Part shown: in pieces, positions 27,643-35,928 of the stretch
How the letters are laid out: each line of letters opens with the position of its first letter
Numbering within the stretch: the stretch's first letter is position 1
From: Candidatus Marinacidobacterales bacterium
GTDB taxonomy: Bacteria > Acidobacteriota > Vicinamibacteria > Marinacidobacterales > SMYC01
Assembly (NCBI GenBank): GCA_965237955.1
Contig: OZ250169.1
Location: forward strand, 2,304,001-2,368,000
Direction: 5' to 3'
DNA length: 64,000 nt
The notes under the pieces: model-generated
Databases searched by the model: none
Seen by the model: the letters and a program-made list of their open reading frames with translations, nothing else
What the model was told of the DNA's origin: nothing
Position numbers and translations under genes: made by a program

Positions 27643-28707
27643 TCAGCGATCCCTGACCGATCGCAACACCACCAACACCTCTTCCATGCTCGACGGGCGG
27701 TCGTCGGGCTCCTTGGAAAGCGCGCGGTGCACGAGCTCATCCAACGCATCCGGTACCGAGGGCTCCTGCTCCTTCAGTGGCGGTGGATCTTCGTTCACGA
27801 TCGCGACATAGCGATCGAGAGCGTTGTGGCCGGAGAACGCGCTCTTCCCACTGAGCATCTGATACAGCACGCAGCCGAACGAGAACACGTCGGCGCGCGC
27901 GTCCACGGTCTCCCCCCGGGCTTGTTCGGGCGCCATGTAACCTTTCGTACCTAGAATCTCGCCCGATTTGGTCAGTCTCTCTGCTGGGGACGACCCCTTG
28001 CCGGCGCAATCTCGAGCATCTTGGCGATCCCGAAATCGAGCAGCTTCACCTGAGCCGAATACGTCAACAGAATGTTGCCGGGCTTCAAATCTCGGTGCAC
28101 GATCCCTTTTCTCGTGGGCACAAGCGAGCGCCTCGGCCACCTGGATCGCCACGTGAAGCGTGTCTTCGAGGTCGAGCCGGCGCTCCCCCGAGAGGACGTG
28201 CTTCAACGTGTGCCCTTCGAGATACTCCATGACGATGTGTGGTGCGCCTTCATGCTCCATCAGGGTCACGAACTTCACGATGTTCGGATGCTCGAGGGCC
28301 GAGGCCGCGCTCGCCTCGCGACGCAACCGTGCAAGTCCCTCATCACTGACGAGCTCACGGATGAGGCGCTTGAGCGCGAAGGTGCGGCCTTCGTCGTCGA
28401 CGACTTTGTAGACCTCGCCCATACCGCCGGCGCCGACCTTCTCGACGATGCGATAGGGTCCAATCGTTTTGGGGGGCGGCGGCGTTTCAGCTGTTTTGGC
28501 CGTTTCAGCAAGCCCCGCCAACGACACTGGTGCCGCGGGGCTTTCGAGATAGTCGTCGTCGTAGGACTCGAGAAGGCTTTGGACTTCTTCAAAAAGCTCC
28601 GGCTCATGGCCGCAAAGCCGCTTCAGGAAGCCTGCACGGTTGGCTGGTTTTTCCGCGAGCACGGCCTCGAGTGCCGCTTTGACGCGATCCCAGTGGTTCT
28701 CAGTCAC
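27643..28707 (-). pseudogene. Hanks-type Ser/Thr protein kinase with two compensating frameshifts
   Basis: GAGGMGEVY, ALK, HPNIV and GT..YMAPE are in frame, but HRDLKPGN and DFG (about 28097-28029) lie in a shifted frame after an A4 run at 28107-28110. Confidence 0.75.
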
Positions 28708-29037
28708 CGAATGCGATGCCGAGTTCCCGCGCCGCGCGCACGATCGAGCTCGGAACTCGTTTCAAAATGAGCGACCGCCTTGGCGGGCGGTACCAGCTTG
28801 ATCGTCGGCGGCCGGAGCGCGACCATCGGGCCCCAATGACCTTCCACCGCGGCGCGCACCGCGGCCGAGCGGAACCGCGTTCCCAAGATCCGATCCCAGC
28901 TCTTGGATACCGACGGTCTCCCAACCGAGCGAGTATGCGGATCGGACGGCGGCTCGGATCACGGCGTTGAGGCCGGAACAGTCGCCGCCTCCAGTGAGAA
29001 TAGCGAGACGCTTTCTGCGTTTGCGTTTCATCTTCAC
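28700..29037 (-). pseudogene. pfkA: 6-phosphofructokinase remnant (large internal deletion, frameshifts)
   Basis: N-terminal [17 protein letters not shown] is joined directly to C-terminal DRILGTRF...[13 protein letters not shown] and ARELGIAFGD, spread over three frames. Confidence 0.8.
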
Positions 29038-29038
29038 T

Positions 29039-30154
29039 TCAGGGACTCGCTCGCAACGCCCGTAAGGCTTGGACGACGTCGGCCACGTCGTCGTCGGTCA
29101 TGGAGGGATAGAGAGGCAGCGAAACGACGCTCTTCGCCGCCGCCTCGGCAACCGGGCAGCTCCCCTCACCTTGTTCCAGGCCACGATAGGCAGGTTGCAA
29201 GTGAACCGGGACGGGGTAGTGCACAAGCGTCTGGATCCCATCCTCGCCAAGATGTCCCTCGAGTGCGTCTCGTGACCGCGCTTTCACGACGAACAAATGG
29301 CGGGCCGACACCGAGCCCTCTCGCACCGCGATTGGGACGAGCTCGGTACCCTCGAGCGCTTTGACATAGCGCATCGAAATCTCGCGGCGCCTCTCGTTCC
29401 CACGTTCGAGGTGGGGCAGTTTCGCTCTGAGAACAGCGGCTTGGAGCTCATCGAGACGGCTGTTGAAACCGATCGATTCGTGCACGTAGCGGCTCGACTG
29501 TCCACCGTTTCGCAGGCGTTTGAGATGCACGGCGAGCTCTGCGTCGTAGGTGGCGATGAAGCCTGCGTCGCCGAGCGCACCGAGGTTTTTCGTTGGATAG
29601 AAGCTGAACGCCCCTGCCTGACCCAAGCTTCCCAACAGCTTTCCACGGTAGCGCGCACCGTGCGCCTGGCACGCGTCTTCGACGACAGGCAAACCGTGTT
29701 GCTCCGCGAGACTCATGAGAGCGTCCATGTCGCACGCGTTCCCGTAAAGATGCACGGGAACGATTGCCTTGGTACGGGACGTGATCCGATCGCGAACACT
29801 TTCCGGCGAGAGCGTGAGCGTGTCTTCGTCCACGTCTGCGAACACCGGCCGTGCTCCCAAACGACTGATGGCGAGTGCCGTGAACGCTGCCGTGAGAGGC
29901 GAGGTGACGACTTCATCACCGGGGCCGACGCCGAGCGCAAGAAGCGACAGGCTGATCGCGTCGGTCCCGGACGCGACCCCGACTCCATGCTTGGTGCCAC
30001 TCACGCGCCGAAACTCTTCCTCGAACGCTTCGACCTCGGGACCGAGAACGTACCAGGACGACGCGACCACGCGGCGGATGGCTTCGTCGATGTCGCGTGA
30101 AAGATTGTCGTCGCGAATAGCGAGGTCGTTGAACCGTACCGTGCGACCGCTCAA
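29039..30154 (-). CDS. DegT/DnrJ/EryC1/StrS PLP-dependent aminotransferase
   Basis: [34 protein letters not shown]; TTG 30154 overlaps the upstream TGA. Confidence 0.92.
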   Translation of the reverse strand: MSGRTVRFNDLAIRDDNLSRDIDEAIRRVVASSWYVLGPEVEAFEEEFRRVSGTKHGVGVASGTDAISLSLLALGVGPGDEVVTSPLTAAFTALAISRLGARPVFADVDEDTLTLSPESVRDRITSRTKAIVPVHLYGNACDMDALMSLAEQHGLPVVEDACQAHGARYRGKLLGSLGQAGAFSFYPTKNLGALGDAGFIATYDAELAVHLKRLRNGGQSSRYVHESIGFNSRLDELQAAVLRAKLPHLERGNERRREISMRYVKALEGTELVPIAVREGSVSARHLFVVKARSRDALEGHLGEDGIQTLVHYPVPVHLQPAYRGLEQGEGSCPVAEAAAKSVVSLPLYPSMTDDDVADVVQALRALRASP

Positions 30155-31167
30155 CTCAAATAGCGCTCGATGTGCTCGCGGTAAAACTCGATGGTCTTCG
30201 ATACGCCTTCCGGCAACGGCGTTTTCGGCGCCCACCCCAACGCGCGCTCGATCTTTCCGTAGTCCGCGTAGAAATCGCCGATGTCGATGCGGCGCCGCTC
30301 TTCGGGAAACGGCACCAGTTTGTAGGTCGGCTCTTTCCCCGACACCTGGTAGAGGAGCTCGACGAAAGCCCGGAGTGACATCGGCGGCGTCGCACCCAGG
30401 TTGAAGGTTTCACCTTCGGCTTGGGGTGATGCCGCGGCGAGAAGAAACGCATCCACAACGTCGTCGACGTAGTTGAAGTCGCGCTTCTGCTCGCCGTCGC
30501 CGTACAGCAGGATCTCTTCGCCGAGCACGACCGAACGGATGACCCAGCCGGCAAAACCTTGCCGGTTGTGCTTCATGAGCTGACGGGGGCCGTAGGTATT
30601 GGTGAGCCGGAGCGACGTCGTGCGAAGCCCGTAGACATCGGCGTAAATCTGGTGGTACCTCTCGCCGCTCGCCTTGTTGATCCCGTTCACGTCCGTCGGC
30701 CGGATCGGGTGGTCTTCGGTGGCGGGAAGGTCGACCGGCTTACCGTAAATTTGCCGCGTGCTCGCGTATACGATGCGCACCTCGGAATTCACGTAACGAC
30801 ACGCCTCGAGAATCGAAAGCTGGCTCCGGCAGTTGATCTCGAGGTCGGTCATCGGGTCGACCATGCTGTCGATGTGGCTGACTTGACCCGCGAGATTGAA
30901 CAAGAAATCTTGATCCCGAACGAGATACCGCATCCCGTTCGCATCGCGGACGTCCGCGATGTTGACGGTGACTTGGGATTCTACGTCCGCGATGTTGAAG
31001 AGATTTCCGCCGTAGTCCGGAATGAGCGAGTCGACGAGGAGCACGTCCGCCCCGAGGGGGACGAGGGCTTTTGCGAGGTTAGAGCCGATGAAGCCGAGCC
31101 CACCGGTAATGAGAACCTTCTTGTTCTCGAAGGTCTTGCGGAAGAGGTCTTCGTTTACCAGTGTCAA
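30151..31167 (-). CDS. NAD-dependent epimerase/dehydratase
   Basis: GGLGFIG, FNLAGQ, STRQIYG, NGINK (Asn in place of the catalytic Tyr of YxxxK), LTNTYGPRQ. Confidence 0.88.
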   Translation of the reverse strand: MTLVNEDLFRKTFENKKVLITGGLGFIGSNLAKALVPLGADVLLVDSLIPDYGGNLFNIADVESQVTVNIADVRDANGMRYLVRDQDFLFNLAGQVSHIDSMVDPMTDLEINCRSQLSILEACRYVNSEVRIVYASTRQIYGKPVDLPATEDHPIRPTDVNGINKASGERYHQIYADVYGLRTTSLRLTNTYGPRQLMKHNRQGFAGWVIRSVVLGEEILLYGDGEQKRDFNYVDDVVDAFLLAAASPQAEGETFNLGATPPMSLRAFVELLYQVSGKEPTYKLVPFPEERRRIDIGDFYADYGKIERALGWAPKTPLPEGVSKTIEFYREHIERYLS

Positions 31168-31198
31168 TTGCGTGCTCGAGACGGCGCGAGAGGCCTAC

Positions 31199-32005
31199 TC
31201 AGCGCACGACGCTCTCGGTGTCGCCCGCGGAACGTCCGGCCCGTCCGGAATGCCCGACGGTTTTCGAATCCTGTTCTTGCAGGTGGACTTTCCGGACGAC
31301 GAGATCGACCCACAGCCGCCCGAGGTCGATGAGCGTCTTCCCGATGCGCCGAAAGTTGAAAAACTGGCTCTTGCCGTAGGCGCGGTGAAAGTGGTGCACC
31401 GGCACTTCCTGAATGCGATAGCCGTTGTCTTGAACTTTCTTCATCAGCTCGACGCAAATAACGCCGCTGTCTTTCGTCAGCTCTACCTTGTCGAAGATCC
31501 CCCGGCGGAAGAGCCGAAAGTCACAGTCCACGTCCGAGAGCTTCAGCCCGAAAGCAATGCGTACACTCCAGTGGTAGAGCCGGCCGATGATGGCACGGTG
31601 CAGCGGATCGGAGCGGCCGATCTTGGTGCCGTTGACGAAATCGCTCGACGGCTCCCAAACCTCGAACAAACGCTCCATTTCGCGTGGATCGTACTGAGCG
31701 TCGCCGTCCGTATAGAAGATCAAATCCTTGGTGGCGGAGCCGAAACCGGTTCGGAGCGCACCGCCGTAGCCACGGTTTTCCGGGTGATGGACGACGCGGA
31801 GCTCGGGAAACACCGCTTCGAGCTCGGCGAGCACATCGGCGGTATGGTCGGAGCTCCCGTCGTTGACGACGACGATTTCGTAGTCATCCGCGAGCTTCCG
31901 CGCAGCAAGGCGTGCAGCCATCACCATACTCGGGATCGTGCCCGCATCGTTGTAGGCGGGAAAAACCACCGAGAGCTCGACGCGGGGGGTTTTCGTGGTA
32001 TTCAC
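31199..32005 (-). CDS. Glycosyltransferase family 2, polyprenol-phosphate glycosyltransferase (DPM1/ArnC-like)
   Basis: PAYN, NDGSSD, NRGYGGAL, TDGDAQY, DVDCDFRL; GTG 32005 start. Confidence 0.88.
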   Translation of the reverse strand: MNTTKTPRVELSVVFPAYNDAGTIPSMVMAARLAARKLADDYEIVVVNDGSSDHTADVLAELEAVFPELRVVHHPENRGYGGALRTGFGSATKDLIFYTDGDAQYDPREMERLFEVWEPSSDFVNGTKIGRSDPLHRAIIGRLYHWSVRIAFGLKLSDVDCDFRLFRRGIFDKVELTKDSGVICVELMKKVQDNGYRIQEVPVHHFHRAYGKSQFFNFRRIGKTLIDLGRLWVDLVVRKVHLQEQDSKTVGHSGRAGRSAGDTESVVR

Positions 32006-32097
32006 AGTGCAGCCTATTCGATGTGCGACCGAAAAACGTACCACAGGCGCGAGGGGCACGCAATATTGATACGATCCACGGGCGGTGGAGAGTGAGG

Positions 32098-32919
32098 ATG
32101 ACAGGCACGCTTTACGTCGTTTCGACCCCGATCGGCAATCTCCAAGATATGACGCACCGTGCGATCCATACCCTGGGCTCGGTCTTCGTCGTTGCGTGTG
32201 AGGACACCCGCACCACCAAGAAACTTCTCAATCACTGGGGTATCCGCGCGAAAACGTTCTCCTACCACGAGCACAACGAGGCTCAGCGAGCGCCCATACT
32301 CATCGCGCGCTTGCACGAGGGGAAAGATATTGCCCTCGTCTCCGATGCCGGCACGCCCTTGATCTCCGACCCTGGCTATCGACTCGTCCGCGCCGCCCGG
32401 GAGGAGGGCATCCCCGTGCGTTCGGTGCCGGGCGCGAGTGCGGTTCTCGCCGCGCTCGCAGCAGCAGGGGTTCCGACTTCGAGCTTTACGTTTAGAGGCT
32501 TCGTCCCATCGCGGGGCGCGGCGCGCACCAAGGCTATCCTCGCGGCCGCAGAGACCACGGGAACGATTGTCCTGTTCGAAGCCGGAAACCGCATCGGGCG
32601 CCTTCTCGCTGAGCTCGCGAGCCACGATTCCGACCGGCCCGCTTGTGTGCTTCGAGAGATGACCAAGCTGCATGAAGAACACCAACACGGCACCCTCCGA
32701 GAGCTCGCGGCTTGGGCCAAGGAACGAAACTTCAAGGGCGAGATGACGCTCGTCATGAGTACGGCGGGCTCGAAACCGACCGATGTCTCCATCGACTCGC
32801 TCGCACCGCGCTACCGCGAGCTCCGCGACGAGGGCTTGTCGGCCCGCGAGGCGTCGAAGCGACTCGCCCGAGAGCACGGATTACCCACGCGCGACATCTA
32901 CAATTACTTCAGCAAATGA
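32098..32919 (+). CDS. rsmI: 16S rRNA (cytidine-1402-2'-O)-methyltransferase
   Basis: LYVVSTPIGNLQD, CEDTR, SDAGTPLISDPG, REMTKLHEE. Confidence 0.95.
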   Translation: MTGTLYVVSTPIGNLQDMTHRAIHTLGSVFVVACEDTRTTKKLLNHWGIRAKTFSYHEHNEAQRAPILIARLHEGKDIALVSDAGTPLISDPGYRLVRAAREEGIPVRSVPGASAVLAALAAAGVPTSSFTFRGFVPSRGAARTKAILAAAETTGTIVLFEAGNRIGRLLAELASHDSDRPACVLREMTKLHEEHQHGTLRELAAWAKERNFKGEMTLVMSTAGSKPTDVSIDSLAPRYRELRDEGLSAREASKRLAREHGLPTRDIYNYFSK

Positions 32920-33027
32920 GCCTCTTCGAGCAAGTCCTCGCGCTCTCCGACCCGCCGAACGGCTTCGAGCGAAGAGAACGCACTTGCCGATGGCATTCGA
33001 CTCGCGCGCCCTTGTTTCCGTTGCAGT

Positions 33028-33057
33028 TTGACCTGCGGGTGGGTGTCAATCTATAAT
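33028..33057 (+). promoter_or_regulatory. Sigma70-type promoter with TTGAC-N12-GTCAA palindrome
   Basis: TTGACC-18-TATAAT upstream of the TPR gene. Confidence 0.55.
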
Positions 33058-33152
33058 TTTTAGCTCCCAACCATGAGTGTCTCGGCGACACCCACTCACC
33101 GATTCTGAGGGTGCCTGGTTTCGCGGGCACTGCTGCCGAAAAAGGAGGTCGA

Positions 33153-33695
33153 ATGGCACAAAGAACGACGCGCGCCAAAGGAGCCAAGGGCAAAAAGGCG
33201 GGGCGCGCAATGAGCGAACGCTACCAAAAGGCACTCGAAGGCCTCGAGCGGGCCCTGAAAGCCCTTTACAAGGGCGATCCTGGCAAGGCCAAAGAACATC
33301 TCGCGAAACTACAGGAAAACTACCCCGAGGAGAGAGAGATGATGGACCGCGTGCATTCGTATCTCCTCGTGTGTGAAAAACAGCTCTCGCCGCAACGCCG
33401 GCCGAAGAATGCCGAGGAGATGGTGAACGCCGGCGTGATGTCGCTGAACGAAGGGGATGCGGCCCAAGCCGTCAAACATCTATCCAAGGCGCTCGACCTC
33501 GAGCCCAAAAGTGCACACATCCAGTACTGCCTGGCGGCTGCGCACGCGCGCTCAGGGGATGCCTCGACCACCGCGAAGCACCTCAAACAAGCCATCAGCG
33601 CGGACCCGACGAGCCGCTTCCATGCCAAAACCGACGACGACTTCGCGGGCGTCCGTGATACCGCCGAGGTGGCAGCGCTCCTCGTCGAGGCGTAG
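33153..33695 (+). CDS. Tetratricopeptide-repeat protein
   Basis: AAGGAGG RBS before ATG 33153; helical TPR pattern (A..HL.KALDLEP, YCLAAAHA, AISADP..R..A..D.DF). Confidence 0.75.
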   Translation: MAQRTTRAKGAKGKKAGRAMSERYQKALEGLERALKALYKGDPGKAKEHLAKLQENYPEEREMMDRVHSYLLVCEKQLSPQRRPKNAEEMVNAGVMSLNEGDAAQAVKHLSKALDLEPKSAHIQYCLAAAHARSGDASTTAKHLKQAISADPTSRFHAKTDDDFAGVRDTAEVAALLVEA

Positions 33696-33707
33696 CGCCA
33701 CCTCGTT

Positions 33708-34733
33708 GTGATTTACGGCCTCAGGGTATTCGCGATCGGGGGCGGCACCGGGCTCTCCGCGCTGCTAGCCGGCCTCAAGCACTTCATCGACCCACCTCCG
33801 CCGAGAGAGTCAAAAGACGAGGTGTATTTCGCGGACTTGGCCGCTCTCGTCACCGTCACCGACGACGGCGGCAGCTCGGGCCGTTTACGCGACGCGTTCC
33901 AAATGCTGCCGCCCGGCGATATCCGCAACTGCCTCGTGGCACTCTCCGAGGACGAGTCGCTCCTCTCGTCGCTGTTCCAGCATCGTTTCGAAGGCGGCGG
34001 GGACTTGGCCGGACACAACTTCGGCAACTTGTTCCTGACGGCGCTCACTGCGGTCACCGGGGATTTCAGCGAGGCGGTGAGCGCGTCGAGCCAAGTGCTC
34101 GCCATCCGCGGCCGCATTTTCCCGTCGACCAATCAAAGCGTCTCGCTCATCGCCGAGCTCGAAAACGGCGAGCGCGTGGCCGGCGAGACCAACATCTCAA
34201 GCTCGACGACGCCCATCCGGCGCGTCAGCCTCGACCCGACGACGTGCCGGCCACCGGAGGACGCGCTCGAAGCCCTGTCGCAGGCCGACTTGGTTCTGAT
34301 TGGCCCGGGCTCTCTCTATACGAGCCTCGTCCCTAATGTTCTCGTTCCCGGAGTCGCGGAGGCGATCGAGAGCTCGGCGGCGCTCGTCGTCTACCTTTCG
34401 AACGTCATGACCCAGCCGGGCGAGACGACCGGCTACTCCATCGCCGATCATGTCGACGCGCTGCTCGCGCATGCCCCGGCCCTCGAGCTGTCGCACATCC
34501 TCGCGAACTCCGCGCCCGTACCCGAGGAAACGTTGGCGCGCTATCGCGACGAGGGTGCCGTTCCCGTCGAGCTCTCCGACGAGAGCGCGCTTCCCTGTCC
34601 GCTCGTACTCGAGGACCTTCTTCATCCTGGCCCGGTGCTGCGCCACGACGGGATGAAGTGCGCTCGCGCTCTCGAGACTCTGTTCCGCCGCACGAGGGTG
34701 CGCGCGGAACAATTTCGTGCGGCACGAACATGA
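33708..34733 (+). CDS. yvcK: YvcK/GlmR (UPF0052/CofD-related) UDP-GlcNAc-binding protein
   Basis: IGGGTGL, DDGGSSG, PPGDIRN, GHNFGNL, GPGSLYTS, MTQPGET. Confidence 0.92.
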   Translation: MIYGLRVFAIGGGTGLSALLAGLKHFIDPPPPRESKDEVYFADLAALVTVTDDGGSSGRLRDAFQMLPPGDIRNCLVALSEDESLLSSLFQHRFEGGGDLAGHNFGNLFLTALTAVTGDFSEAVSASSQVLAIRGRIFPSTNQSVSLIAELENGERVAGETNISSSTTPIRRVSLDPTTCRPPEDALEALSQADLVLIGPGSLYTSLVPNVLVPGVAEAIESSAALVVYLSNVMTQPGETTGYSIADHVDALLAHAPALELSHILANSAPVPEETLARYRDEGAVPVELSDESALPCPLVLEDLLHPGPVLRHDGMKCARALETLFRRTRVRAEQFRAART

Positions 34734-34756
34734 CGCAGGCATGACGCAGGCATGAC
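34729..34756 (+). repeat. 11-bp tandem repeat (CATGACGCAGG)x2.5 forming two 4-codon mini-ORFs
   Basis: Read directly between the yvcK stop and the glmU start. Confidence 0.9.
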
Positions 34757-35873
34757 CACCGTAACTCTCTGGCCTATTCGACAGAACAAGTTCTTGTCGG
34801 CAAACCTCTTCGGAAAGCCTGTTTGGCAACGCACTCTCGACGCGCTCCGCGCCACGGCGCCACGACGGGTCGTTTGGGTCGGAAGCGGAGCGCCGCACGC
34901 GCTCGAATCGCTTCCCGTGAGCCGGCTAGCGTCGATCCGGGGCCCCGTCCTCGTGGTGCCAGCGGGACTCCCCTGCTTGAGCGCGAGCGCTCTCAAGCGC
35001 CTGGTCGGCTCCGCCCGCAACCGACCCCACGCGCTCTGTCGCAGCGCCGGGGGTACGCCGGTCGTGATTGCGGCGGACGGGCGCGCGCTCGGAAGCCTCA
35101 AAGCGCGCTCCGCCGACGAAGTGGCGCGGAGGTTGAAACCTGATCCTGTCTTTACCGAAGATGAGGATCTTCTCCTCGTCGATTCAGCTCGGGCGTGGAG
35201 CGAGGCGCACCGCATTTTGCGCGAGCGGACGATGACAGCGCTCCTTCGTCGCGGAGTTCTCATCCCCGACCCGACGAGCGTTTCGGTCGCGCCGGAGGTC
35301 TCGGTCGGAGCGGGTACGCTATTGTCACCATTCGTCCTTCTCGAAGGAGACTCGCGCATCGGCACCTCTTGCAACATCGGAAGCTTCAGCCATCTAGTCA
35401 ACGCGACACTCGGCACCGAAACCACGATTCTCGACCATTGCTTCATCCGCGACAGCCGTATCGGCAAAAACGCTTCCATCGGCCCGTTCGCCCACCTCCG
35501 GCCGGACTCGGACGTCGGTGACGCGGCACGCGTCGGGAATTTCGTGGAGCTCAAAAACGCGAAGCTCGGCGCCGGCGCCAAAGCGTCGCACCTGAGCTAC
35601 GTGGGCGACGCCCACGTCGGCAAGAACGCCAACCTCGGTGCGGGAACGATCACGTGCAACTACGACGGCCGTGTGAAGAGCCGCACTATCATCGGTGATG
35701 GCGCGTTCATCGGGAGCGACGTCCAACTCGTCGCTCCGGTTCGCGTCGGCAAAGGTGCCTTCGTCGCCGCCGGCTCCTGTATCGTGAACGATGTCCCCGC
35801 CTACGCACTGGCCCTGGCACGCAGCCAACAAATCATCAAAAAAAACTGGGCCAAACGAAGGCGAAAACCCTGA
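34752..35873 (+). CDS. glmU: GlmU-like protein: intact left-handed beta-helix acetyltransferase, degenerate N-terminal uridyltransferase domain
   Basis: GPFAHLRP, GNFVELK, HLSYVGDA, GAGTITCNYDG, FIGSD present; LAAG.GTRM.S motif absent; only 373 aa. Confidence 0.8.
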   Translation: MTTVTLWPIRQNKFLSANLFGKPVWQRTLDALRATAPRRVVWVGSGAPHALESLPVSRLASIRGPVLVVPAGLPCLSASALKRLVGSARNRPHALCRSAGGTPVVIAADGRALGSLKARSADEVARRLKPDPVFTEDEDLLLVDSARAWSEAHRILRERTMTALLRRGVLIPDPTSVSVAPEVSVGAGTLLSPFVLLEGDSRIGTSCNIGSFSHLVNATLGTETTILDHCFIRDSRIGKNASIGPFAHLRPDSDVGDAARVGNFVELKNAKLGAGAKASHLSYVGDAHVGKNANLGAGTITCNYDGRVKSRTIIGDGAFIGSDVQLVAPVRVGKGAFVAAGSCIVNDVPAYALALARSQQIIKKNWAKRRRKP

Positions 35874-35893
35874 TGACTAAGAAGCTGAAAGCC

Positions 35894-35927
35894 GCTGGAT
35901 GCTGGATGCTGAATGCTGGATGCTGAT
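35894..35927. repeat. Heptamer tandem repeat (GCTGRAT)x~5
   Basis: Read directly, immediately upstream of the glmS ATG. Confidence 0.9.
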
Positions 35928-35928
35928 C

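Noticed and set aside
32916-33056. 46-codon ORF (MSLFEQVLAL...) overlapping the rsmI stop
   Set aside because: No recognisable family and it runs over the downstream promoter; possibly a remnant but unsupported.
35874-35928. Possible glmS ribozyme upstream of glmS
   Set aside because: Only 55 bp, mostly heptamer repeat, with no ribozyme core.
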